From NCBI RefSeq assembly GCF_009914755.1, contig NC_060925.1: a DNA stretch of 64,000 bases; one strand, written 5' to 3'. Positions 1 through 16,997 of this stretch are shown here, piece after piece. A program made the position numbers and the translations under genes. Origin of the DNA: the human T2T-CHM13v2.0 reference genome, Homo sapiens. The first letter of the stretch is position 1. The number at the start of each line of letters is the position of its first letter. Under the pieces are notes generated by a model. It saw only the letters and a program-made list of their open reading frames with translations, was not told the DNA's origin and made no database searches.

Positions 1-104
1 CTTTGTGCCTTGGTTTCCTTATTTTAAAGCAGAGATCATAGTTCTTATCTCACAGGGTTGTTGAGAGGATTAAAAGAGGTAACACAGCAAGTCCTTGGGA
101 ACTT

Positions 105-388
105 TTCTTTTTGAGACAGGGTCTTGCTTTGTATCCCAGGCTGAAGTGCAATACCGCGATCGTGGCTCACTGCAGCCTCCACTTCCTGGCCTCAAGCAAT
201 CCTCCTGCCTCAGCCTCCATGTAGCTGGGACCACATGCGCCTCCACCATGGCTAATTTTTTATTGTTTTGTAGAGGCAGGGTTTTACTTTGTTGCCCAGG
301 CTGGTCTCCAACTCCTGGGCTCAAGCGATCCTCCCATCTCTTCCTCCCGAAGTGCTGGGATTACAGGTGTAAGCCACCTCACCTGGCC
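105..388 (-). mobile_element. Alu (AluJ-like)
   Basis: Antisense Alu dimer flanked by TSD cttgggaacttt. Confidence 0.9.
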
Positions 389-2497
389 CTTGGGAACTTT
401 TTATCATGATTGAAACCTGCACAAGCATCGTAGGAGAGATGGAACTGCCTTCACCTTACACTGGCAGAACTGAGGCTCTGAGAGGCTCTCAGTGAGGAGT
501 CATAAGGGAACTTTTTATTTGAGCGCCAGGTGTGATTGACTTAGGGGTATAAGAAGTAGAACTTTCTTTCTCTTCAATCCGGAGCTGTGTCTAAGCTGGG
601 ATGGGAGATAAATGTACGTGCAGCTAAGGCTTGGTAGGTCCATGTGTGTGTGTTCCCAGGCATGTTTTCTACATGGATCACGTTGCAACACCCATTGTCC
701 TTTTTGCTCTGAGTGGCCCTTCTGGGGCTGACATCTCTCTCTCTCTGCTTCTTCTGGGCATTACTAGAAAGGCAAGAATTGTTCTGCAGAGTTGGGTTCA
801 CAGTGCGGCTCGGGGTCATTTGGTCACTGGGCTCTGGCCACCATCTGCAGAGCCAGAGGTGTCTCTGCAGTTACCATTCACTCCATCTTTCCTCCCCTGC
901 CAGCCTCGGAAGCCTGTTGTCTGCCTAACCAACAATCTGCTTGAATTGGGAGAGAGAGAATAGCAAAAGGGAAAATACCCAGAGAGAAACAAATGAATCA
1001 ATGATTTAGATACCTATTTCTGGAGTGCCTTTTATGTAGCACTGTTTTAGGCCCTGGGGTAACAGCTCTGTGCAGGCTGACACAGTCTCTTCTCCCAAAG
1101 TGACCTCCAGGGGGCAGACAGTGATTGTTATAATGCTTAATATGCATGGAGCCCTACTATGTGCAGGGCCCTGTGTCAACTCATTTACTACTTCCGACAG
1201 TGTAATGATATAAATGCTTCTGTTATCTTCATTGTATAGGCGAGGAAACAGAGGCACAGGGAGGCTCTGTATCTTGCCCAAGCTAGTAGCTAATGGAGGT
1301 AGGATTCCAATTCAGACAGTCTGAAAATTAAGCAAGGCCATGGGGTGCAGAAGGGTTGACTTCCTCAGGGAGGAAGTGGTCTTCTAGCTGAGACCTGCCT
1401 AATGAGAAGCAGCTGTGCCTAGATCTGGGGGATGAGTCTTGCAAGCAGTAAGATTACTACAGCAAGTGCAAAGGCTGAGACAAGAATGAACTTGATGTGG
1501 TCAAGAGCTGGAAAGGAAGCCTCTATGACTAGGAGGGCAGGAATGAAGAGGAGAGAATGGAAGGAGGTGAGGGGAAGGGTGGATGGACCCAGGTTGGCAA
1601 TATAAAACCCTTTAAGGGGTTTGCAGCCATTGGGCTTCTTCCCTTGCTCGGGCAAGGCCAAGCCCTATGCCCATAAACCCCAAAAGGTCATTATCTTTCT
1701 GTCTCCATGGGTGGCTAGGGCATCCATTGAGGGGCTGCCCCTAATCTCCCACTGGTCCCACTGGTCCTGGGACCCTGATGACCATCCACTTTCTGGAATG
1801 TTGGGGAGGATGCCAAGGGAGGGCCTAGGGCCCAGAGAAACCCTTTAAACTAAATGCGGGGTGGGCAGGAGGTGTTGACCCGTGAGTCAGAGGCCAGGTA
1901 GTGCAAAGGCACTTTAATTGGGGTCATTAAGATCACCAAGCTTTGATGCCCCAACCCTGAGTCAAGCCGTCCCGTTGACCCCCCTCAACTTCCTGGCCTC
2001 ACTGCTTGCTACCCCCAGTGACAGGAGAAGTCCCTTTGAGGGCACTAATTAGAACTTCCTCTTCTAGATTCCAGGGCTTTCTCCCTGACTGGGGTCAGGG
2101 AAACAGCTCCTTCCAGAGATCAGCCATGGCCCCACCCCTCCCACTTCCTCCAGATTCAGGAGGTTCCACTGAGGCTGGTACAACCACAATCCCAGGGCCT
2201 CCCAGCCCTGCCCACAGTGAATTCTTGCCCATGGGGGTCATTCCCTCTACTTGGAATGCCTTTTTGACTTTTGTTTACATTGATAATTCCATCTACCTTA
2301 CTCTTCAAGGAATAACAGACTCCTTCCTTTAATTCATGCCATCATTCTTTCTTTGTTTTCATCCATTCATTCATTTCATTCATAAAATTTAGGCATTCAT
2401 TTGGTTCCTGCCAGGCACTGGGGATGCAAGAGGGGGTGGGACTGACCCTGAGGTCAAGGGGTGTCTCATCATCTGTGGGAAGCACAAGGTAAACCAG

Positions 2498-2684
2498 CAG
2501 GACCTGCTACATATTTGGCAGGTCCCAGTGCAGATGAAAATGCAGAGCCCCTTGTCCAAAATGTACTATGAATTTCAAAACAGCGACAGCAGAGCATCAA
2601 ACCAGTCTAGGGGCCCTTCTTAACCGTAGGGTCCCTCTGCAGAGGTCATACACCCATACAAGCTGGCCATACAAGCTGGCCCTG
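2498..2684 (-). mobile_element. MER45A-like hAT DNA transposon
   Basis: CAGGA...CCTG termini; internal match to the MER45A consensus (gaatttcaa..cagcagagca..aaacc..ggcccttct). Confidence 0.7.
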
Positions 2685-2974
2685 TAAGCAAGTGATTTCA
2701 TGAGAGATGTGTGATGGAGGTGAGCCTGAAAGTCATCAGAGAGGAGGTGATGTCTGTAACTGCCAGAGCCAGGAGGAGAGAAGCCACATGGCTGTTTCTA
2801 GAAACTGCAAGTTGTCCAAACAAAAGGGCCAGGAGCAGCTGGAGTCAGGCTATGTGGGGCTTTGTGGACCAGTTAGGGAGCTGGGTCTTTATTCCCAGGC
2901 AGTAGGGAAGCATTATTAGATTTTTTTAAAAATCTAATAATTTTTAACCAAGAGCATTATTAGATTTCTTTTAA

Positions 2975-3312
<338 letters not shown>

Positions 3313-3457
3313 CAGATTTTTTTTAAAAATATCATTCTGGCACCAGATATGAAATACAAATAATAAACATATGAAAAATACAAATAATAATATATATGAA
3401 TAATACAACAAATACAATGGAAAGAAGTTCAACTTCATTAGCAATTAAAAAAAATTA

Positions 3458-3799
<342 letters not shown>

Positions 3800-4339
3800 A
3801 ACAATGTAGGCAAAATGGTGAAAAGAAAACTTTCCCACTAGCAGTGGGTCTATCAATGAGTGCAAATTTCTGGTGGCAATTTGTTTGGAAACCTCAAAAA
3901 TGTGCACCCTAAGATGTTTTGGGAAGGATACTTAAGAAACTGGTGCCAGTGGTTGTTTCTGGGGAGGGGACCTGAGGGCAGGGGAAGAAAGAAACTTTAC
4001 TTTTCTCTGTACACCCTTTGAAATTTTGTGCCACGTGTTTACATTTTCAATGGGTATCCCTTAACCAAATTGTTCCATCCCTATGCATTTTTCCTAAGGA
4101 AAAAAAATAATAGAGGTGCACAAATCTGTACAAGGCTGGTTATCACAGTGTCATTTATAATATCAAAACATTACAAATGACTTTAATCCACATGCTACAG
4201 GCTGGCACCCTTGCCCTCAGAGGTACTGAGTTGTGTGTTAGGGTGCTCTAAGCAATATGGTAGACATGGTGCACATTCAAAGGGGGTTGGTTTTACTTGA
4301 TAGCGACTAATTTAGAACAAAAACTTTATATTAAAACCA

Positions 4340-5045
4340 ATATAGCAGGTCACACCACTAGGATGACTAAAATCAAAAAGACAGATGATGACAAGTATAG
4401 CTAAGGATGTGGAGAAATTGAAGCCCTCTTACATTGCTAGTAAGAAGTAAAATGGTGTGGTCACTTTGGAAAACCGTTTGGCAGTTCCTCAAAAAGTTAA
4501 ACATTGAGCTACCATATGACCCAGTAATTCAACTCCAAGGTATATACCCAAGAGAAATGAAAACATATGTTCATATAAAAACTTGCATATGAGTGTTCAT
4601 AGCAGCATTATTCTTAAGAGTCAAAAAGTGGAAGCAACCTAAACGTCTAACAATTGATGAGTGGATAAACAAAGTATGGTTTATATTTGTACAATGGAAT
4701 CTTGTCTGGGAAGTAAAAAGAATGAGGCACTGATACAGTGATACCTGCTACAACATGGATGAGCCTTGAAAACATTATATTAAGTGAAAGAAGACAGTCA
4801 TAAAAGAAATGGCTAGAATAGGCAAATCCGTAGAGACAGGAAGTAGATGAGTGGTTGCTGGGACCTAGGAGAAGTGTGAATGAGGGGTGACTGCTAAACG
4901 AGCATGGGGTTTCCTTCTAGGGTGATGAAAATGTTCTGGAATTAGTGGTGGTGATTGCACAACCTTGTGAATGTACTAAAAACCACTGAATGGTTTATTA
5001 ACATAGGCGGATTTTATGGTATGTGAAATATATTTCAATAAAGGT
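4340..5045 (+). mobile_element. Old L1M (L1MB/ME-like) 3' end
   Basis: gatgtggagaaattg..ctttggaaaac..tatataccca..gatgagccttgaaaacatt..gggtgatgaaaatgttctgg motifs. Confidence 0.8.
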
Positions 5046-5129
5046 GGTTTTTTTTTAAATGGATATGATATGGCATAGAATTAGGGTGACCAATTGTTCT
5101 AGTTTGCCCAGTACAAAAAGTTTTCCCAG

Positions 5130-5567
5130 AGGCTGGGCGCAATGGCTCATGCATGTAATCCCAGCATTTTGGGATGCCGAGGCGGCCGGATCACCTGAGG
5201 TCAGGGGTTCAAGACCGACATGGCAAAACCCCATCTCTACTAAAAATACAAAATTAGCCGGGCATGGTGGTGCATGCCTGCAGTCCCAGCTACTTGGGAG
5301 GCTGAGGCAGGAGAATCACCTGAACCTGGGAGGCAGAGGCCAACATGGTGAAATCCTGTCTCTACTAAAAATACAAAATTAGCTGGGTGTAGTGGTGCAT
5401 GCCTGCAGTCCCAGCTACTCAGGAGGCTGAGGCAGGAGAATCACCTGAACCTGGGAGGCAGAGGTTGCAGTGAGCCCAGGCTGGAGTGCAATGGCGCGAT
5501 CTCGGCTCACTGCAACCTCTGCCTCCCAGGCTGCGCAACAAGAATGAAACTTTGTTTCAAAAAAAAA
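5130..5567 (+). mobile_element. Rearranged Alu (internal duplication plus inverted segment) inside a hAT-Blackjack (MER81/94-like) remnant
   Basis: Alu body with a repeated middle/right-arm segment and a 54-nt inverted piece; TSD aaaaagtttt..ccag; host begins TAGGGTGACC at ~5082. Confidence 0.85.
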
Positions 5568-6179
5568 GTTTTTCCAGGACATGAGACTTTCAGTACGCAA
5601 ACCAGAAAGGTCCCAGGCAAAGCAGGATGAGTTGACCAGCCCACATAGAATGCAGACTTTACATTCATATTAATAATAACATATAAGACTTTAAAGGGAT
5701 TTTCTGCTTGCAGTTCACTAGTGCTACTGCAGAGGGAACGTTTAAGAAGCACTGACTTCAATGTCCAACCACAGGAAGTAGTTTCATTGGTTCATTCATT
5801 CATTTACTCCCCATTAGAGTGCAAGCTCTATGAAAGCAAGGGCTTTTGTCTGTTTGATTCACTGCTGTCCTCCCAGGGCCTAGAATTGTGCCTGGCACCT
5901 CAGATGTTCTGTAGATGTTTGTTGAGGGGGACTGTGTGCTGGAAGCCAGCAATACATTGTTCTCTTTTGCCCCATCCTGAGTGGTCCCAGAAGTCTGGCT
6001 GAGAAGATGGCTTCTGGGTGGAGGACATCCACTGACAGCGAGTATGGGGCCATCTCAGTGCTGTTAAGAAAATATTTTAATGGCAAGGAAAAATGCTCAT
6101 GATGGAATGTTATGTGAAAAAGATGGGACACAAAATTATGTAGGTAGTGTGAGTCCAGATTGTTTAACAGTGTTTAAGT

Positions 6180-6470
6180 GGTCAGCCATGGTGGCTCTCA
6201 CCTGTAATCCCGGCATGTTAGGAGGCCGAGGTGGGTGGATCACTTGAGGTCAGGAGTTCAACACCAGCCTTTCCAACATGGTGAAACCCCTGTCTCTACT
6301 AAAAATACAAAAAGTAGCTTGAGGTGGTGGTGCATGCCTGTAATCCCAGCTACTCAGGCGGCTGAGGCAGGAGAATCGCTTGAACCCCGGGAGGCGGAGG
6401 TTGCAGTGAGCCTAGATCACATCACTGTACTCTGGCCTGGGTGACAGAGCAAGATTCTGTCTCAAAAAAT
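6180..6470 (+). mobile_element. Alu (AluS)
   Basis: Sense Alu dimer. Confidence 0.88.
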
Positions 6471-6581
6471 TTTTTTAATTAATTTTAAAAAAGCGTTTAA
6501 GCATTAGAATAGATGAGAATGGGACATAAAGTATGTCGAAGGTGGGAATCCATTGGTGAATTCTTTTGAATTTTTAAATTC

Positions 6582-6882
6582 TTCTTTTTTTTTTTTTTTT
6601 GAGATGCAGTCTCGCTTTGTTGCCCAGGCTGGAGTGCAATGGCATGATCTCAGATCACTGCAACCTCCGCCTCCTGGGTTCAAGTGATTCTCTCACCTCA
6701 GCTTCCCAAGGAGCTGGGATTATAGGTGTGCGCCACCATGCCCGGCTAATTTTTCCATTTTTAGTAGAGGCAGGGTTTCACCATGTTGGCCAGGCTGGTC
6801 TGGAACTCCTGACCTCAAGTGATTCACCCACCTCAGCCTCCCAAACTGCTGGGATTACAGGCATGAGCCACCGCACCTGGCC
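6582..6882 (-). mobile_element. Alu (AluS)
   Basis: Poly-T followed by an antisense dimer. Confidence 0.9.
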
Positions 6883-7324
6883 TAAAATTCATTTTTCATT
6901 TTTTATTCAGCCTCTGCGATGCCCTGCCAGATGCAACTCTGGGAGTTGAGATCCTGTGGTGAACCAGGCAGATAAGATCCCTGCTATCGTGGGACAGGTA
7001 GGATTTTATAATTGGAGGGAATGAAACCCAGAGTAAAGGAGCAAAGTTATTTTTTTTAAAGACTGATGAAATTCCGGATGTGCTGAAGAACCAGCTGGAA
7101 GCTTGTAGTTAGGGGGCTGTTCCAGCAGTAGGGCAGACTCGGGAGTGGGGGTGAGGGCTTGTTTAGAAAGAAGCAGGAAGCCAGAGAATGCCTCTCAACC
7201 CACACCCATTGTGTGTACTCTGGTAAGTCCCTTCTTCGGTCTTGGCCTCAGTTTCTCCATCTGTTAACTGAGAGAAGGCACTAGATGTGTGTGTTTATCT
7301 CTCTATTATTCAAATCAGAGAACT

Positions 7325-9660
<2,336 letters not shown>

Positions 9661-10624
9661 TGAGATGGCTTTAGAGCTTTCTTCAACTTTGAGGTTGTAG
9701 GAGTCTCAATGCCAGGTCTCCGTTGTTCCTCAGTGTGGACTGCTGCCTGTAGGGTGAGTGGAGGCCCTGGCTTCAGAAAGACTTTCCTTCCTGCTTATGT
9801 CACCAGAACCTTCCCTGAGCCCAGAGGTCCTGGGAGACCCTGGGGAGGGATCCGAGGAATGAAAGGCTTTGGCTAAACACCTGCTGCCTTCTCTCTGAGG
9901 CTTCAGCAGCTGGGTCAGGGTTGGGTGCTGAGCAAGGGTGGGGGAGTTAATGATGGCCTGCCAGGGACTTGGTTGTCCAGATGAAACGGGCCTTGCTCTG
10001 AGGCCTGGCCTGATTACAGGGAGCCCTGCGCTTGCCCTCCCCAGGGCCCAGGCCTGGCCTTGCAGCAGCCCCTGCATGCCCAGCTGTTCTGGAGCAGCTG
10101 CAGAGGTAGGTGGAGCTGAGGAATTTGGGATAGCAGCTGCCAAAATGCACTGGCTTTGGGATCTGGCACAAGAGATACAACTCATGGTGAAGCCAGCAAG
10201 TTCATGCCGGTTCTCATCTGAGGGCTAACTAGTAGTAACAGTCACTGTTGCTTCAAGTTTTAATATGTTCACCGCATACCAAACACTGGGCATGAATTAT
10301 CTCAGTTAATTGTCACACAGCTGTAGGAGGTTGGTATCGTTGCCCCCATTTTACAGATGAGCAAGCTGAGGCTTGGAGAGCCTTGCCTAGGTCTATGCAG
10401 TTGGTAAATGGCCCAGCTGGAATTGGGCCCTGGTTATGTGCTGAAGGCTGGTTTCTTGTCCACTGCTTCTGTGACTCGGTGGGACATTCTTTGGCCAGCT
10501 TCTTAGTGGAGAGTGGGTGAGGGGCCAAGATCCACCTGCCTTCCCCACATGGGCCAGGAGAGCTCCTCTTGTAGCTACTTAGGGATTCTGCTTCAAAACA
10601 TTATTTGAAAGCCACTGTTAATAG

Positions 10625-10945
<321 letters not shown>

Positions 10946-11684
10946 TCAACCCATTTATTTTACAGATAGAGAAACAGGCCCAGAAAGGGGCAGAGAGCTG
11001 TCTAGGGTCATTCTAACAGGGTTGGTGGCTGAGCCAGGCCCTGCCTCTCAGCCACCTGCTGTTTCTGGTGCCCACCTGTCTTCCTGGATTTTGTATGTGA
11101 CCTCCCTAGGCAGGAGGGCACTCTGGGGCCTCCCCTGCTGGGTCTGCTGGGCCTGGAGCCCATTCTGTAGGACCCCTGCAGGCCTTGGCTGGTGGACAAA
11201 TGACTGAAGGAGGGAGATGCAGGGCTGGCAGGCAGTAGGGGCAGAGATTAGAACCCAGGCTGGATCTCAGGCTGGCTCTGGGCTGACTTGTTGTGTGGCC
11301 TGAGTGGCTGCATTCTCTCCAGGCCTCCATTTCTCCATCTGTCCAACGATGGGGTATTGACCACTTGGGCCCACAGGCACTGAGCAGGGGAGGATGAATG
11401 GTCCCGACAGGAGATATAAATGTATGGGGAGGAAGAAAGGAGCCGCTGGGCCCAGGAGGGCTGTGGACATCCTGCCTTTGCCCCATCCTCCTCCAGGAAA
11501 CAGCCTCCCACACTCTCGCTGCTGGCCGGATGACGCCGCTTGGCCTGAGCGTGTCCAAGCCTCAGATGACAGAGTTCCTGGTCCCTTATGCTGCCCTGGG
11601 GCTGGTGGCTGCCCTTCCTGGATCCTAAGACATCCTCCTCACCTCAGAGTGGTGCTGGCCTCAGCGGGGCTTGGAGGAGGCTGA

Positions 11685-12144
<460 letters not shown>

Positions 12145-14162
12145 TAAGGCTCCTGCTAATTTAAAAATGAAGAAAGTCCTAAATAGGATGTTCACAACTG
12201 TGGTATGTTTTTATTTAACAAATTAATGTTTTTTAACACACACATGCACCCACACACATCCAATGCAGTGCAACTGAGAGACTCACAAGATCGTCACAAG
12301 AATTATAAAAAATGTGATTTCACATTGCTGTGTGGTCCAGTGATGGGATGTAAGTTTCAAATGGCATGAAGAGCATTCTGTTCTTCCCATCTCATCCATA
12401 ATTCTCTGGGGCTAGACATCCAGCCCACTTTGTGTACTCGTTGTATTATGAAAAGTATCAAGCATCCAGAAGGGTTGAAAGAATGGTACAGTGAGCACCC
12501 ACATACTCAGCACCTGGGGACTACAATGAACATTTTGCAGTATCTGCTTTATCACATATCCATTCCTCTGTCCAACCCTCTGTCCATCTCTCTGCACAGA
12601 CAGCCCTCTGCCTATCCATCTACCTAGCCATCCATCCCTCCCTCCCTCCCTTCATTCCATCTCATTTTTGGATGCATTTTTGAGACTTCTGAATGTGAGG
12701 CCTGGGCCAAATGGCACTCTCTTCTCTCCTTTGCAGTAACAGGCCCTGCCACACACACAAGCATACCCCCACCTCTACATGTAAACCCCACCTGCGTACA
12801 CACCATATATGACTTACCCATGTCCCCACATTTATACATGCACATTCCATGCACATATTCACATAACCACACACGCTCATCTGTGCACATATACCTAAAC
12901 ACCCCCCCCTCCCCAACACACACAAACTGCCCACATACACACTCACAGAAGACCCTGGACATCTGTAAGGAAAGCATCTGGAGACCTTTGGGAATCCTCA
13001 GACCTGTGACTGTCGTGGAGCCGGTGCCAGGTCCTGGCTGTCTCCTCCATACATTTCTGGCAAGTGCCAGAGGCTCCCTTGAGCTACCTACCTCAGATGT
13101 CCCACCTTTTCCACTCTTACCCATCTTCTCTCTCAACCCCTAGTCACTTCCTACAAAGGAAACGGATTCCTTCCAGAGTGTTACTGTTATGGGAAGCAAA
13201 TCCCACAGACCATCCACTCCATGCAGGCTGGGACTGTGTCTGCCCTATCCACACTGCATTCCCAGCTCCTGGCCCCCTGTGGCTCTCTCTAAGTGTTGAT
13301 TGGAAAAAAGTCACCAGAGCAGCACAGAGGCACATACACTGGGCAGCCACAGGGGTACCTCCACCCCACACAGTTACGTCCATGCACACAGAACACCCTG
13401 TGTGTGTGTGCATGCTCAAGCTTGCATCACTGTGTGCCTGCATACGTATGAACACGCATCGTGTCTGCCTGTCTCCATACTTTCCAGATAGAGTCCCTTC
13501 CAGGACCTGGGTCCTTTCACAAAATCACCTAATACCACTGTGGGCTCATCTGCTGACATGTGAGATCCAGATGTGGCCCCATGACTGCTCAGGGCTCCTG
13601 GCTTGGCCCTGAACATCTGGGCGCAGGGGTTTAGAGCACCAGCTTTGGAATTGCATTCTCCTGAGAAAACCTGGGTTCCACCCTGGCTCTGCACATGATC
13701 ACTGTGCATGTTCCCCGTATGATTTATGTACAAGTTACCTAACTTCTTGGAGCATCAATTTCCTTATTTGCTAAATGGGGGCAATAGTTCCTACCTTAAA
13801 TGCATCTTAAAGGAGATAATCTCAGCAGAGTGCCTGGCATGTTGTAAGCTCTTAAAAATGCTTGCTATGAATATGATTATTGTTACTTTAGCCTTTGCTC
13901 TGAAATCCCATGCACGCTTTGTGAGGAAGGACAGCCTTGGTTGGGGGGTGTTTATGGGGAGAGCAGAGTGGATGGTGCGTATGTGAATACCTCTCCCCAG
14001 ATGCTCCCCCAATCCCAAGCTCTCATTATCTTATATGCATATTCATAAGGGATGGCCTCAGCCCTGCTCTGTAAATGGGTCAGAAGCAGGAAATAGAGGC
14101 CAGTACAGACAGCGAAGCCCAAGGGATAGGAGGGCTCAAAGCCGGCACACATCTGAGTCCTC

Positions 14163-14177
14163 ATGGACGGGAGGATG
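14163..14177 (+). CDS. SERINC2: SERINC2 upstream alternative first exon, coding part (MDGRM)
   Basis: ATG GAC GGG AGG ATG|gtaaga, phase-0 donor in frame with the 14710 exon. Matches my recollection of an isoform starting MDGRMMRSMRL. Confidence 0.7.
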
Positions 14178-14709
14178 GTAAGAGGGGATGGGGAGAGAAT
14201 GGATTGGGGGCACTGAGGCGGGGGCAGGAGTTCGTTCCTATGTTGCAGATTTGAAAACTCAGGCCCAGTGAGATCAGATTAGAGAACCTTGGGGTGGGTG
14301 GTCCAAGAAGTCAGAGTCTGCTTCCTTTGGGAACTGGAGTTGAGCATCTGTCTGGGCTGGGTGATGGGCACAGGGCAATGGACCAAATGACCCCTACATG
14401 TTTATTTCAAGGGACATGGTTTACATAGCATTGGGTGGAGAAGCTGAATCCTGAATTCCAACCCTCCAGTGAGGCTCAGAGTGGTTGGGTGACTTGCCAG
14501 TATCACATAGCTGCTGACTGTGACTGTGCTTTTGGGGGTGCAAGAGACAGAGCTACTCTGGCCCCATGCAGGAGGTTCAAATCTGGGAGTAAAGGCTGAT
14601 GGGCTGGCCAGGACACCAAGAAATGAAGCTCTTTATCCATGTCCTCACTTCATCTCCTCAGTAGTCCCCTCAGATAGCTGGGGTAAAAAAACTTATCTTT
14701 ATTTTACAG

Positions 14710-14760
14710 ATGAGAAGCATGAGGCTGAGAGAGGAGGAGTCACCCGGACCCAGCCACACA
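14710..14760 (+). CDS. SERINC2: SERINC2 alternative 5' coding exon (MRSMRLREEESPGPSHT), MIR-derived
   Basis: ttttacag|ATG ... CACACA|gtgagt; 51 nt, phase 0, joins exon 2 in frame. Confidence 0.8.
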
Positions 14761-16041
14761 GTGAGTTATGCCCTCCATGCTGGGCGTGTGAGAGCCCAGC
14801 CGGCCTTGGTCTTGGGCAGGCAGGAGGCCAGGACAGTGGCAGCATATTACCTTGCTCTGGAAAATTTTAGCCTGAAGTCAGAGTGGCTATCCCTTTACAC
14901 ATACAGTCATCTTAATCCCTCGTTCCTTGCAGATAACTGCTTATTTCTGAGAATGTCTTTGCAGATGCTCACACATGCTCTGTGAGGTTAAACAGAATAA
15001 CCCTACCTATTTCCGGGAAGGGGATGGACGGACACCCCTTGTGGGGTGAAGTGGCCCCCCAAGGATGGCATGGGGCATGGTCATCTGTGGCAGAACAAGA
15101 ATCCCAGGGGTTGATCCTCTTGGTCTTGGGTGCTTTCTACTGTTCTAGGTCATGGATAGGGAGGGGTTGGGGGTGAAAAATTCAGCTCTTAGAGCAGAAG
15201 TGTCCAAGGGAGCTGACCCTGGGACGGGAGCATGTGAGGAGGACTCACTTGAGACTGCTTGGTGGCATTTCAGTCTAAAGGATTTCCGTGCAGAAGATGA
15301 CTGTGTAGGGTATGTTTTTGGATCAGACTGTCAGTCACAGAAGAAGGAGGAAAGTGGACTTATGGTAAAAGGTCAGACATTCATCCAGTAAGCATTCACT
15401 GCCTGACTGTGTGCCAGGCCCTGTACTGTGCTCTGGGTAGGAGAGGGGGTGGCCAGAGAGCAGACCGTTCTTGGGTGGCTCACAGTCCCCTAAAGGCCTC
15501 GGGTTAGGGAAGGACTGAAATATTGCTGGACAGAAAAATAGGAAGACTAGATATTGTCACCTCTACTTTTTCAAGGGAAGCAGTAGGACATCAGGGTGAA
15601 AGCCAGGCCAGGTTGCCTTTCAGCTCTGTTTCTTCTGAGCTGTGTGGCCTTCAGCAACAGTAACAACAACCACAGTGATCACAGTCAACGTTTATTCGAC
15701 GCTTGATTTACATTTCGCGTGTCACTACTTCTTTGTTTCTCGGTTTCCTCATCTGTAAACGAGTGGGTGGGGAATTAATCGACTTCTCAGGGCTGTTGTG
15801 GGGCTCAAATGGTACCACGGGGGAAAGTTGGGCATGTGCTCGGGTTGTTTGTGAGGCCATAAGGGAGGCCCATATTGTTTGGAGGCTTGGGGGAATCAGG
15901 AGGATGTTCATTCCTAATGGAACCAGGTAGTGGGTTGGGGGTGAGGGTGGTGGCTCTCTTCACTGAGAGGTATGGCATGTGAGCAAGCTTCAAAGGGGAG
16001 AAAGAGGGATAAGGAGAAGGACCTTTAAGAGGAGGGCATCT

Positions 16042-16349
16042 GCCAGGTGCAGTGCCTCACATCTGTAATACCAGCACTTTGGGAGGCCAAGGCAGGAGGA
16101 TTGCTTAAGCCCAGGAGTTCGAGACTAGCCTGGACAACATAAGGAGACCTCATCTCTACACAAAATTTTTAAAAAATTAGCTGGGTGTGGTAGTACACAC
16201 TGGTGGTCACAGCTACTTGGGAGGCTGAGGTGGGAGGATCACTTGGGTCCAGGAGGTTGAAGCTGCAGTGAGCCATGATTGGGCCACTGTGTTCCAGCCT
16301 GGGTGACAGAGTGAGACCCTGTCTCAAAAAAAAAAAAAAAAAAAAAAAA
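16042..16349 (+). mobile_element. Alu (AluJ-like)
   Basis: Sense dimer with long poly-A; TSD aagaggagggcat. Confidence 0.9.
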
Positions 16350-16844
16350 GAGGAGGGCATTGTGTGGGCAAAAGTGCGGAGGAGGAAAAGTATAGGGTGT
16401 GTTTGTGGAACAGTCCTGGTGCAATTAATGGCTAAGCCTGGCGCCCAGTGAATCAGCCAAGGATGCAGTCAACCAGCTCTTTGGCCCTGGGGCCAGCTTC
16501 GAGGCACAGAGACTTCTTTCCCTAACATTATCTTGTCCAGAGGTGGCTGAGGACAGGGCTAAGGGTGAAGGGAGACTAATTACAGAGCCCTACTTCTGGG
16601 TCTCTCACACCTACCCCTGGAAAGCCATCTGTCAGGAATGTGGCCGCCCCTCCCCACCTTCTGACCTCCTTAGCTAGGGACCAGTTTGGGCATCCCTAGG
16701 GAGTGATAAGCCACCAAGCAGGGGTGGCTGTAGGGAGTGTGTAGCTCCCAGCAGGCTGTTGGGAGTCAGTGGAGTTTGAAGAACAGATGGAGAGAAGGGA
16801 GGATGGGTTTAGAGTGAGAGGCTGGGGTCTTAGAAGAAGCAGTA

Positions 16845-16997
16845 GGTGGGCATGGTGGCATGCACCTGTAGTCCCAGCTACTCAGGAGCCTGAAGCAGGA
16901 GGATCACTTGAGCCCAGGAGGTCGAGGCTGCAGTGAGCTATGTTTGCACCACTGCACTCCAGCCTGGGTGACAGAGCAAGACCCTGTCTCTTAAAAA
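16845..16997 (+). mobile_element. Alu right-arm monomer (FRAM-like)
   Basis: Right arm only. Confidence 0.8.

Noticed and set aside
11394-11628. TATA-like GATATAAAT followed by short ORFs
   Set aside because: No CpG island, splice structure or recognisable protein; chance motif.
12624-13612. 170-182 aa ORFs
   Set aside because: Arise from CA/TG-rich low-complexity sequence; no homology.
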